NCBI GenBank assembly: GCA_007133925.1 | Contig: SLLU01000095.1 | Span: 1-39,143 of the forward strand | Source of the DNA: Candidatus Halarchaeoplasma halalkaliphilum | Lineage (GTDB): Archaea; Thermoplasmatota; Thermoplasmata; Halarchaeoplasmatales; Halarchaeoplasmataceae | Direction: 5' to 3' | Length of the DNA: 39,143 nt | Shown: positions 9,743-16,829 of the stretch, one piece after another | How positions within the stretch are numbered: position 1 is the stretch's first letter | How the letters are laid out: each line of letters opens with the position of its first letter | Made by a program: the position numbers and the translations under genes | The notes under the pieces: model-generated | Told to the model about the DNA's origin: nothing | Database searches by the model: none | What the model saw: only the letters and a program-made list of their open reading frames with translations

Positions 9743-10573
9743 TCACCTTATATATTCATAGTTTGTCACATGGTAACCCGCATAGCTGGTTACCTCAGCG
9801 GTGAAGCGAGATATCTTTTCCTTTTTTATATGTGGTAGCACGCTCATGAATTTTTCAACAGTCATGTAACGCTGGCGCTGGGAAGTCGTGTAGCTCTTTG
9901 ACCACTCGAAGGAGATCACACCGTCAACGCTGTCGGTAAGCAGATATTCAACACTCTTTTCCACTATTCCTTTGGAAAGGAGGAGGTATACGATCCCGCC
10001 CCATGATTTTGATGCCCTCCTCATGCCCTTGACTATGGTAACCAGTTTTTCCGTATCTATGTTTGAGTTGGTAAGAAGGTCCGTGAGGGAATCTATGATG
10101 ACTATGTTATCACTGGCATGGGCATCCAGAAAATCCACCAGCTCGGTGAGAAGATCGGTACCCCCGTTGTTAGAAAAGATATTTCCTCCGGAACTACCAG
10201 TCCAGCTACTGGGTACCATGGTCCGCCGGAAGTAAGACTCCGAGAGATCCTTGAAGTTAAGACTTGAATTTATGGCATCGTAGTAATCCTGGTTGAAGGA
10301 CATCTTCACTTCCTCCAGTATATCCTCCTTGGACCTTGAGATCGTTAAGTAAAATATTTCCTCCGGCAAAACCGCCTCCTTGCAGTTATCCCCGAGTATG
10401 ATGGCAAGGTCCTCCGGAGTTTCCTTAACCTTTAGTATCTTAGCCGATGCAGTATAGGCAAATTCAATGGCCCCTGCACCTATCTCTGTGAAAAGGAGTA
10501 CTACCGAACCGGCGGGTAAGCCTCCATTTAAGATAGAATCAAGATCGCTAATTCCACTCGGTATCCTTTTCAT
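9743..10573 (-). CDS. KaiC-like paralog with degenerate P-loop (probably non-catalytic)
   Basis: It has the same N-terminal pattern (RIPSGISDLDSILNGGLPAGSVVLLFTEIGAGAIEFAYTA), but the Walker A GxxGxGK[ST] is replaced by EIGAGAIE (no Lys/Thr). A Walker B-like IVIIDSLTDL is retained. Start chosen at ATG 10573, with AGGTG 6 nt upstream. The ORF extends to a TTG at 10624. Confidence 0.65.
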   Translation of the reverse strand: MKRIPSGISDLDSILNGGLPAGSVVLLFTEIGAGAIEFAYTASAKILKVKETPEDLAIILGDNCKEAVLPEEIFYLTISRSKEDILEEVKMSFNQDYYDAINSSLNFKDLSESYFRRTMVPSSWTGSSGGNIFSNNGGTDLLTELVDFLDAHASDNIVIIDSLTDLLTNSNIDTEKLVTIVKGMRRASKSWGGIVYLLLSKGIVEKSVEYLLTDSVDGVISFEWSKSYTTSQRQRYMTVEKFMSVLPHIKKEKISRFTAEVTSYAGYHVTNYEYIR

Positions 10574-10771
10574 CTGAAACACCTGTTGTACCAATGCCGC
10601 AGATAAGGGAATGGATGAGGTCAAACAAATACTTTGCCGACATTTTCAAAAAATTCGCATAAATTTTGTCATCATGGATCAGGACCTCCGGCACTAAACT
10701 TCCGAGAGTATGGAGTTGGTCGTCGTTGTCGGACAAAAGTGTTGCCTTAAAGACATACCTTTTTCTTAGAG

Positions 10772-10779
10772 TAAAAAAG
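10772..10779 (-). terminator. Oligo-T tract immediately 3' of tRNA-Gly
   Basis: The minus strand reads ...CCGCA-CTCTTC-TTTTTT-AC directly after the discriminator base. This is a typical archaeal oligo-T termination signal. Confidence 0.5.
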
Positions 10780-10784
10780 AAGAG

Positions 10785-10857
10785 TGCGGGTGCCGGGATT
10801 TGAACCCGAGTTCTAAGCTTGGCAAGCTCAAGTGATACCAGGCTACACCACACCCGC
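10785..10857 (-). tRNA. tRNA-Gly (anticodon GCC)
   Basis: The hand-folded minus-strand sequence is GCGGGTG-TG-GTGT-AGCCTGGTA-TCAC-T-TGAGC-TTGCCAA-GCTTA-GAAC-TCGGG-TTCAAAT-CCCGG-CACCCGC-A. It has a 7-bp acceptor stem, a GG in the D loop, a TTCAAAT T-loop and anticodon loop TT-GCC-AA. Length is 73 nt and no CCA is encoded. It is not in the ORF track; the 166-aa ORF 10548-11048 runs across it. Confidence 0.92.
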
Positions 10858-10935
10858 ACGAGTATGGTTTTATCCTTGTATATCGGGATAGATATCCTGA
10901 GGTGGTGTAAGATTATATCTCTTATAAATATTGTC

Positions 10936-12390
10936 CTACTCCCCCAGCAGTTCACGGCACCTTTCCAGGGCCGTTTTATCCTGCAGTTTCTCGAATATCT
11001 CCTTCGCCTCCCTGAGGAATATCCTACGGGAACTACCCTTTTGCTCATTCCCGTATTTCAGGAGCCTGTTCCCCAATTCTTTTTTTGCTTCCCTTGAACT
11101 CTGTGTTCGGATCGGTAATCTTGTGGCCCTGCGTAGATATCCTATCTTTTTCATCTCCCCTCGAGCGGTCTCTGCGGCCTTGATGTAATTATCCAAGGCC
11201 TCTTCGATCATCCCCGCTTTCTCATAATGCTCTGCTAACTGTGGACGATAGGTATCCAGTGAATCTGCGGATAAACGAAGTATCGCATGGGCAGCTTTTT
11301 TATGAAGTCTTTTCTTATTATCCATGAACTGGTTCGAGTATAGAATATCTCGGAATGCGGAGTGTTTGAAAGAATATCCTTCCATGTCTGCTTCTTCAAC
11401 CATGATCCCCCGTTCCACGGCCACATCCAACATATCCAGTACCTTCATGTCGTCTTCATCGATCAGTTCGGATAACAGAGGATAGCTGATCACGAGTCCC
11501 AATATGCTCGCTCTTTGCAGGAGGTCTTTTGTTTCAGGATCAAGTTTTACCATCTTCCTTTCGGCCACATATCTTACTGTTGAAGGCCATTCGATATCAT
11601 CTTCTGGTAGAGGATACCTGTCTTCCTCTGGGATGATCAATCCCTTTGCCATCATGGATTTAACGGTCTCTGCGATGAACAGTGGATTTCCTTCCGTCTT
11701 TTCATGGATGAACTCTCTGAAGAAAGGAGGTGGTTCAACCTTCAATAAATTTGTCAGAAGTTCATGAGTGTCGTTTTCTTCTATAGGGTGGAGGTCAATA
11801 TGGGTGCATATATCTTTTTGACGTAGGTAGTAAAAAGTCTCTTCTAGTGCATGAAATGCATGGGCCTCTTCTGGTACGTATGTACCTACCAGCAGGACAG
11901 GGAGTTCTCCTATGTTTTCTGATATATATCTGAAAGCCAGTAGAGACGGTTTATCCACCATGTGCAACTCCTCGATGACTAATAGTATGGGTTTTTTCAA
12001 AGCCATTTTCTCCAGTTTTGCCATGGTATTTCTCAGGGTGTTAGGGTCTTCCTCATTGAACAGGAATACATGTCCCTTCTCCACCTTCTTGGCCAGTAAT
12101 GAAATCCCGAGAGGCAATGTGTAATTACTCTCGGGGGGACCTCTGAGTATCTTGAAAGCATCGATAAATGGATGATATGGGCTCCCATTACGTGATTTTC
12201 CCGCGCCTTGAAAACAGGTGAAGCCCCTTTTTTCTGCCTCTATTGACAGCCATTCAGCCAAGGCGGTCTTTCCGATACCCGTTTCACCCTTAATTATTAC
12301 CGATGTCCCTTTCCCTTCCATCACATTTTCCAATATATCAAGCAACTGGATGCGTTCTTCTTCCCTGCCCTCAAATAGATACTTTTTCAT
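10936..12390 (-). CDS. AAA_16 / STAND-type NTPase with helical (TPR-like) C-terminal region, no recognisable DNA-binding or effector domain
   Basis: The N-terminus is FEGREEERIQLLDILENVMEGKGTSVIIKGETGIGKTALAEWL (Walker A). Also present are ILLVIEELHMVD (Walker B; compare LVLDDLHWAD of MalT/LuxR-type STAND proteins) and the TEGNPLFIAETVKSMM signature. The C-terminus is alpha-helical and repeat-like (AEHYEKAGMIEEALDNYIKAAE...). Start is either ATG 12390 (14-nt spacer after the upstream stop) or GTG 12408 (4-nt overlap). Confidence 0.7.
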   Translation of the reverse strand: MKKYLFEGREEERIQLLDILENVMEGKGTSVIIKGETGIGKTALAEWLSIEAEKRGFTCFQGAGKSRNGSPYHPFIDAFKILRGPPESNYTLPLGISLLAKKVEKGHVFLFNEEDPNTLRNTMAKLEKMALKKPILLVIEELHMVDKPSLLAFRYISENIGELPVLLVGTYVPEEAHAFHALEETFYYLRQKDICTHIDLHPIEENDTHELLTNLLKVEPPPFFREFIHEKTEGNPLFIAETVKSMMAKGLIIPEEDRYPLPEDDIEWPSTVRYVAERKMVKLDPETKDLLQRASILGLVISYPLLSELIDEDDMKVLDMLDVAVERGIMVEEADMEGYSFKHSAFRDILYSNQFMDNKKRLHKKAAHAILRLSADSLDTYRPQLAEHYEKAGMIEEALDNYIKAAETARGEMKKIGYLRRATRLPIRTQSSREAKKELGNRLLKYGNEQKGSSRRIFLREAKEIFEKLQDKTALERCRELLGE

Positions 12391-12404
12391 TTTTTTCCTA
12401 ATCC

Positions 12405-13889
12405 TCACATCTTCTTTACATGCACGATTATGCTGTTCAAACTCCCGTCAGGTCTCCTTACCCCTACAGCTTTAATACTGGTTCTTAATGAGCTTCCGTC
12501 CCTCAAAGTCAAGGATGCATCTATGGATATATCTTCCTGCTGCTCGTCGGTAATTTCTTCTAACCTTGAACAGAATCCGTCATTATTGATAAGATCTGAC
12601 AGCTTCATGGACAGTAGCTCCTTCTCGGAGTAACCCGTCAACTCCAACATAGCCCCATTCACCTCCGTTATCCCACAATCCGAGTTCATCAACAGCATAC
12701 CAAGGGGGTTGCTTTCGAAGGCCACGAGGAACATCTCTTGGGCTTCTTCCATGGTCACAAGATTTTTCTTCTGCTGGGTGATGTCTATCATAGACACGAG
12801 TACCAGATTGGATTCCGTCATGGGTGATGCAGTTAAAAACACCTCCCGCACATCATGGTAGCGGTTCTGCAACTCCAGAAGAATATCTATTCGCCCTTTC
12901 TTGTCCTGGAAAAGTGGATTCATGGATTGAATTATCTCATCGGTATTCTCCTTGAACATGAACTTTGTGAAATGCTCACCCTGTAGCTCATGATCGGGAT
13001 ATCCCAATAGCTTCTCGGCTTCTTTGTTTACCATGGATATCTCCATCTCACGGTTCAAAATAACCATGGCCGTCCCGGTGCTCTCGAATATGTTCCTGTA
13101 TCTTTTTTCGTTTTCGATTATCTTTTTTTCATATTCTTTAACGGCGGTGATGTCCTCCATGCTACCTTCAATATATCGTATATCACCGTTTTCGTCATGG
13201 GTCAGATATGCGTTCTCCTTGACCCAGATATATTCGCCATCCTTTTTCCTAAGTCTGATTTCATATCCCTTGATGACACCTTTTTCCTTCAATCTTTCCA
13301 ACACCTGCTTCCTCAGTTCATCGTCAGGGTAGAAATCCTTCGCCTTATGGTCATGGATCTCGTCCTTGGAATCCAACCCCAATAGCTCTATCATTGTTCG
13401 GTTTGCGGCAAATATCCTTCCGTCCGCATCCACGGAATAAAGTCCAACAGGCACCCTTTCGAACAATCTGTTGTACATCTCCTGGAGCATCTTCTTCTCA
13501 TAGCGTAATCTTGCATTCTCCAGGGCCGAGTGGACGGATGCTGAGAGTCGGATGAAGTGTTTGGGTGATTTAACAACATAATCATCAAGACCGGATTTCA
13601 TGGCCTGGACCGCTACCTCTTCATTCCCGGTTCCCGTGAACATTATCACCGGGCATTCGGGATTTTGCTTTTTCACCTTCTTGAGTACTTTGATCCCATT
13701 GGTCCATCTGATACGGTAATCCGTGATTACAAGATCATAATTATCTCCTTTCAAAGCTTTTTTAAGGTCATCTGCGTCAACGACCTCGATTATCTCTATA
13801 TCCTTGAAATTTCGCTCTAATTCGCGGATGGCCAGAGATCTATCATCTGGATTATCATCTACTATCATTATTTTTATTCCTTGTGTCAT
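12405..13889 (-). CDS. Response-regulator receiver domain fused to three PAS domains (no kinase, no HTH)
   Basis: The REC domain reads IMIVDDNPDD...DLVITDYRI...VIMFTGTG...YVVKSP (acidic pocket, phospho-Asp, T and K all present). Three PAS-like modules follow, starting at LFERVPVGLYSVDADGRI..., YRNIFESTGTAMVILNREMEI... and FLVAFESNPLGMLLMNSDCGI.... GGAGGC lies about 9 nt upstream of the ATG. Confidence 0.8.
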   Translation of the reverse strand: MTQGIKIMIVDDNPDDRSLAIRELERNFKDIEIIEVVDADDLKKALKGDNYDLVITDYRIRWTNGIKVLKKVKKQNPECPVIMFTGTGNEEVAVQAMKSGLDDYVVKSPKHFIRLSASVHSALENARLRYEKKMLQEMYNRLFERVPVGLYSVDADGRIFAANRTMIELLGLDSKDEIHDHKAKDFYPDDELRKQVLERLKEKGVIKGYEIRLRKKDGEYIWVKENAYLTHDENGDIRYIEGSMEDITAVKEYEKKIIENEKRYRNIFESTGTAMVILNREMEISMVNKEAEKLLGYPDHELQGEHFTKFMFKENTDEIIQSMNPLFQDKKGRIDILLELQNRYHDVREVFLTASPMTESNLVLVSMIDITQQKKNLVTMEEAQEMFLVAFESNPLGMLLMNSDCGITEVNGAMLELTGYSEKELLSMKLSDLINNDGFCSRLEEITDEQQEDISIDASLTLRDGSSLRTSIKAVGVRRPDGSLNSIIVHVKKM

Positions 13890-14164
13890 GTTGTAAGCCT
13901 CCGTTCATATCCTCCCTTAGAATTCTTCATCGGGGTGAAGCCCCTGTTTCCCGACGCTATAGCAGGGACCACGACCGTATGGAGTTTTTTTACCATGTTC
14001 ATGCTAGCACCTGGGTTCTTGAACCCTTGCATCTTTACCCTGGGGATACCTGTCATAGTTCTTTGACCCTTATCCTCACCCATATTATGTTTAATGTCCT
14101 ATTTGAACATTTGGGAAAGAAGAGACGAAAATATTCATCTATAATCACCACATTCCCTCGTAAG

Positions 14165-15040
14165 ATGTACAGCGAAGAATTTTCCATGGAAGACCTTTCC
14201 AAGGCGGTCATACCCGTTGCCATGATATCCGTGTCATTTGCAGCTGTGCTCATACGGCTGTCCTATGCACATCCCTTCACCATAGCATTCTATAGAATGT
14301 TCTTCGCATCTCTCATTTTACTCCCATTCATGTTTTTTCGTAGAGATGAGATCAAATCCATCTCAAAAACCGATTGGAAGATACTGGTTACAACAGGTTT
14401 ACTTTTATCTCTGCATTTCGCAGCGTGGATAACTTCACTACGTTACACATCTGTGGTATCGTCGGTGGTCCTTGTTACATCCCATCCGCTGGTCGTTACA
14501 TGGGTCTCAGGATGGTATCTGGGAGAACGATCGGGGAAGCGTGTTTACCTGGCAATAACCTTGTCCATGGCCGGGATCCTTATTATGGCGGTTTCTAACT
14601 ATCAGGTGGAAGATTGGTCACCCTATGGGGATATCCTTGCTTTTGTGGGGATGCTGGCAGTTGCAGGATACCTCATAATCGGCCGTAGGATGCGGAGGAC
14701 CATGTCAACCATAACCTATTCCTTTTTCGTGTATGCTTTATCTTCTATTATCCTTTTTGTCATGGCACTGATATTCGTTGGGGATCTGCTGACACTACCT
14801 CCCAGAGAATATTTGATATTTTTTTCCCTGGCACTAGTACCCACTATATTCGGTCACACTCTATACAACTGGGCGTTGAGATATGTGAGTGCAAGACTTG
14901 TATCCGTGAGTCTTTTATCGGAACCCATAGGTGCCTCTTTACTCGCGGTGGTCATCCTGAACGAGATCCCCCCCCTTTTCACCGTTATCGGTGGGGCAAT
15001 AACTCTGGTGGGTGTATACATTTGTGCAAGATCTGAATAA
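14165..15040 (+). CDS. EamA/DMT-family transporter (10-TM)
   Basis: The protein is hydrophobic with two EamA-like halves (VIPVAMISVSFAAVLIRLS...; ...FGHTLYNWALRYVSARLVSVSLLSEPIGASLLAVVILNE). The first ~94 codons of the ORF (13883-14164) are non-membrane, overlap the divergent promoter and are probably not translated. ATG 14165 follows a TATA-like TCTATAATC. ATG 14186 is an alternative. Confidence 0.75.
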   Translation: MYSEEFSMEDLSKAVIPVAMISVSFAAVLIRLSYAHPFTIAFYRMFFASLILLPFMFFRRDEIKSISKTDWKILVTTGLLLSLHFAAWITSLRYTSVVSSVVLVTSHPLVVTWVSGWYLGERSGKRVYLAITLSMAGILIMAVSNYQVEDWSPYGDILAFVGMLAVAGYLIIGRRMRRTMSTITYSFFVYALSSIILFVMALIFVGDLLTLPPREYLIFFSLALVPTIFGHTLYNWALRYVSARLVSVSLLSEPIGASLLAVVILNEIPPLFTVIGGAITLVGVYICARSE

Positions 15041-15044
15041 AAAA
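15036..15044 (-). terminator. Oligo-T terminator of the SRP RNA
   Basis: The minus strand reads ...GGTGACCCGG-TTTTTTT-ATT. The T-run overlaps the convergent EamA stop codon (TAA 15038-15040). Confidence 0.6.
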
Positions 15045-15357
15045 ACCGGGTCACCGAGGTTGGCGCCCATCACGTTCATGAGTTGTCCAAGGACCTTCTC
15101 GACCCCGCAACCCATCGAGCATCGGTAGTCCGCGGTAGGACTGCTCCCTTCCGGACCTGGCCCGTTCTCCACGGTAAAGCCGAAGGAGATCAACCCTCCG
15201 GTTGTCCCCAAGGGCACCTCCGATCCCGAAGGACGAGGTCTCATAGTTGGATCTTGGCTCATGAACGGGATGATTACGCCGCCCCCGGCGGTCACCCCCG
15301 CATATCGACGTTTTCGGTGTATAAGGGCACGCCGAACGCCCCGGTTAGACCCGGTAA
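15045..15357 (-). ncRNA. ffs: Signal recognition particle RNA (archaeal 7S / SRP RNA), about 313 nt
   Basis: The minus strand contains the universal helix-8 motif CCAGGTCCGGAAGGGAGCAGTCC (GGAA tetraloop flanked by AGGUCC / GGGAGCAG) at about 15137-15162. The 5' ACCGGGTC (15355-15348) is complementary to the 3' GACCCGGT (15052-15045), closing the terminal helix. The interval is GC-rich and structured, about 300 nt long, preceded by a TATA box and followed by oligo-T. No credible protein is encoded here. Ends are good to about 10 nt. Confidence 0.88.
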
Positions 15358-15375
15358 CAGCGACTATGCGGCACA

Positions 15376-15385
15376 CTATATAAGG
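15376..15385 (-). promoter_or_regulatory. TATA box for the SRP RNA
   Basis: The minus strand reads CCTTATATAGTGTG, centred about 25 nt upstream of the inferred 5' end. It sits directly after the stop codon of the upstream methyltransferase gene. Confidence 0.6.
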
Positions 15386-15387
15386 TT

Positions 15388-16020
15388 TTATCCCCCCCTC
15401 ACCCCCACTACATAGTTGTTCTCGCCTGACGAGAATGTGTCCTCGACGGTCAGATGAGCCTTAATCACCTCTCCTTCAAGTTCCTCGAGTGTATACAGAT
15501 GATAATAGCGCTGGAAGACCACACCGTCATCCCTGGTCCATGGCACCATTACGTCCCTTTCATCTTCCCCCAGATCCCATCTGTCCGCATATTTGGACCA
15601 CGAGGACACCAGCAGCCTCCCCCCTGGTCTAAGCACCCTTTCACATTCCCTCAAGCTCCTCACTCGTCCCTCACGTAGGTGATGAATGCCTGCGATGTAC
15701 AATACCGCATCAAAGGTTTCATCTTTGATGGGTAGATATCTGGCATCACCGCGAATGAAAAATGCTTCAGGGCAATTTTTCTTTGCTATCTTGAGAAGCT
15801 CTTCGGATACATCCAGGCCTACGGTATTCAGACCCCTCTCCACGGCAGAGCAGCAGTGTCTGCCATTTCCACAGCACAGATCTAGTACGTCCCCTTTAAG
15901 CGTGTCCAGGAAATCCACAACCTCCTTCCAGGGAGTTCGTCTTGTTCTGTCAAAATGTTCCGCTATGGAATCAAAGACTTCCTCGCTCTCGTTTTTGTAC
16001 GCCATGTACGAGGATATCAT
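15388..16020 (-). CDS. Class I SAM-dependent methyltransferase, Trm9/ALKBH8-MTase-like
   Basis: Motifs: AEHFDRTRRTPWKEVVDFL (the F-x-x-TR-x-x-PW-x-x-V-x-x-FL block seen in Trm9-type enzymes), motif I VLDLCCGNGRH, and IAGIHHL...RVLRPGGRLLVSSW. The start could instead be the internal ATG at 16005. Confidence 0.65.
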   Translation of the reverse strand: MISSYMAYKNESEEVFDSIAEHFDRTRRTPWKEVVDFLDTLKGDVLDLCCGNGRHCCSAVERGLNTVGLDVSEELLKIAKKNCPEAFFIRGDARYLPIKDETFDAVLYIAGIHHLREGRVRSLRECERVLRPGGRLLVSSWSKYADRWDLGEDERDVMVPWTRDDGVVFQRYYHLYTLEELEGEVIKAHLTVEDTFSSGENNYVVGVRGG

Positions 16021-16026
16021 CAGGAT

Positions 16027-16038
16027 AAAATTTATATT
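16027..16038. promoter_or_regulatory. AT-rich TATA-like element in a 41-bp divergent intergenic region
   Basis: AAAATTTATATT lies between the methyltransferase (-) and DUF92 (+) genes. It is about 26 nt upstream of the DUF92 ATG (16062), consistent with a leaderless mRNA, and could serve both directions. Confidence 0.4.
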
Positions 16039-16061
16039 CTTTGGAACACCTTCATTGGTAG

Positions 16062-16829
16062 ATGCATATCATCCAACCGGTTTTGATAATCATTATTTCT
16101 GTTGTACTTTCGTTTTTGGTACACCGACGTGGTCTCCTCAATCGTGGCGGAGCGGTAACCGCGTTGATAATAAGCCTGATTCTGGGTTTCCAGGGCGGGC
16201 TGATATGGATATTTCTACTCCTGCTTTTCCTGGCAAGTTCCTTCGTGGCCACGAAATACAAGTTCAAGTACAAGAGGGACCGTGGTCTCCAGGAAGGCAA
16301 GAAAGGCGAGCGGGGCGTGATCAATGTGCTGGCCAACGGTTTGGTACCCACGGCGGTCGCCCTTTTACACGGTGCGGAAAATTCTTTTGGGATAATGGGC
16401 ATCGGTTTCCTGAGTCGCAGCGCGGCCATTTTCCTTTTTGTAGTAGCTGTAGCCAGTGCAGCATCGGACACCCTTGCATCGGAGCTGGGAGTGTTATCTG
16501 GTGATGCCTATCTGATCACTACCCTTGAAAAGGTGGAGCCCGGGACCGACGGCGGCATATCATGGATGGGACAATTATGGGCCTTCATCGGCTCCTTCTA
16601 CACCTTCGTCCTAGCCTTTGCGGTTTTCACCTTATTCGAGGGAATCCCATTTTCGGTATCCTGGGTCTTTATAGGAGGGGCTTTAGGGTTCATGAGCTGC
16701 CAGATAGACAGTTTGATGGGTGCCACCCTTGAGAGGAAAAAGATATTAGGCAAGTCCGCGGTCAATATTTCATCAGTAGCGATAACAGTGGTCATAAGCG
16801 GGGTATTAGTATGGTTAGCAGGATTGTAA
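16062..16829 (+). CDS. DUF92 (TMEM19-like) integral membrane protein
   Basis: The protein is polytopic. Blocks: RGGAVTALIISLILGF...FLASSFVATKYKFKYK...ERGVINVLANGLVP, and SDTLASELGVLSG...VEPGTDGGISWMGQ. These match the conserved DUF92/TIGR00297 pattern as I recall it. Confidence 0.6.
   Translation: MHIIQPVLIIIISVVLSFLVHRRGLLNRGGAVTALIISLILGFQGGLIWIFLLLLFLASSFVATKYKFKYKRDRGLQEGKKGERGVINVLANGLVPTAVALLHGAENSFGIMGIGFLSRSAAIFLFVVAVASAASDTLASELGVLSGDAYLITTLEKVEPGTDGGISWMGQLWAFIGSFYTFVLAFAVFTLFEGIPFSVSWVFIGGALGFMSCQIDSLMGATLERKKILGKSAVNISSVAITVVISGVLVWLAGL

Noticed and set aside
10574-10935. tRNA-Gly as an integration hotspot separating the KaiC-like and REC-PAS/STAND modules (possible genomic island boundary)
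   Set aside because: By eye I found no second copy of the tRNA 3' half (att-like direct repeat) anywhere in the window. There is no integrase or recombinase, and no clear compositional break at the tRNA.
10548-11048. 166-aa ORF spanning the tRNA-Gly locus
   Set aside because: It runs straight through the tRNA gene, its oligo-T terminator and the 3' end of the STAND gene. The translation has no features, so it is an artefact.
10936-12408. Could the 490-aa P-loop protein be an Orc1/Cdc6 initiator marking a replication origin (PolD and fen are nearby)?
   Set aside because: The motifs (GETGIGKT, LLVIEELHMVD, GNPLF, TPR-like tail) are of the AAA_16/MalT-like STAND type. There is no winged-helix C-terminus, and I saw no ORB-like repeats or AT-rich unwinding element in flanking DNA.
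13883-14164. 94-codon N-terminal extension of the EamA transporter ORF
   Set aside because: The extension overlaps the start of the divergent REC-PAS gene and the shared promoter region. It is not hydrophobic and lacks any family similarity. An ATG at 14165, preceded by a TATA-like element, gives a normal EamA N-terminus.
14939-15415. Two overlapping ORFs (145 aa on the minus strand, 110 aa on the plus strand) in a GC-rich intergenic interval
   Set aside because: The interval is fully explained by the SRP RNA gene (helix-8 motif, paired ends, TATA, oligo-T). The translations are low-complexity and Arg/Gly/Pro-rich, with no recognisable motifs.
15686-16504. 272-aa plus-strand ORF covering the methyltransferase and DUF92 region
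   Set aside because: It is antisense to the methyltransferase and out of frame with DUF92. It is Ser/Arg/Pro-rich with no motifs, and both real genes have strong family signatures.
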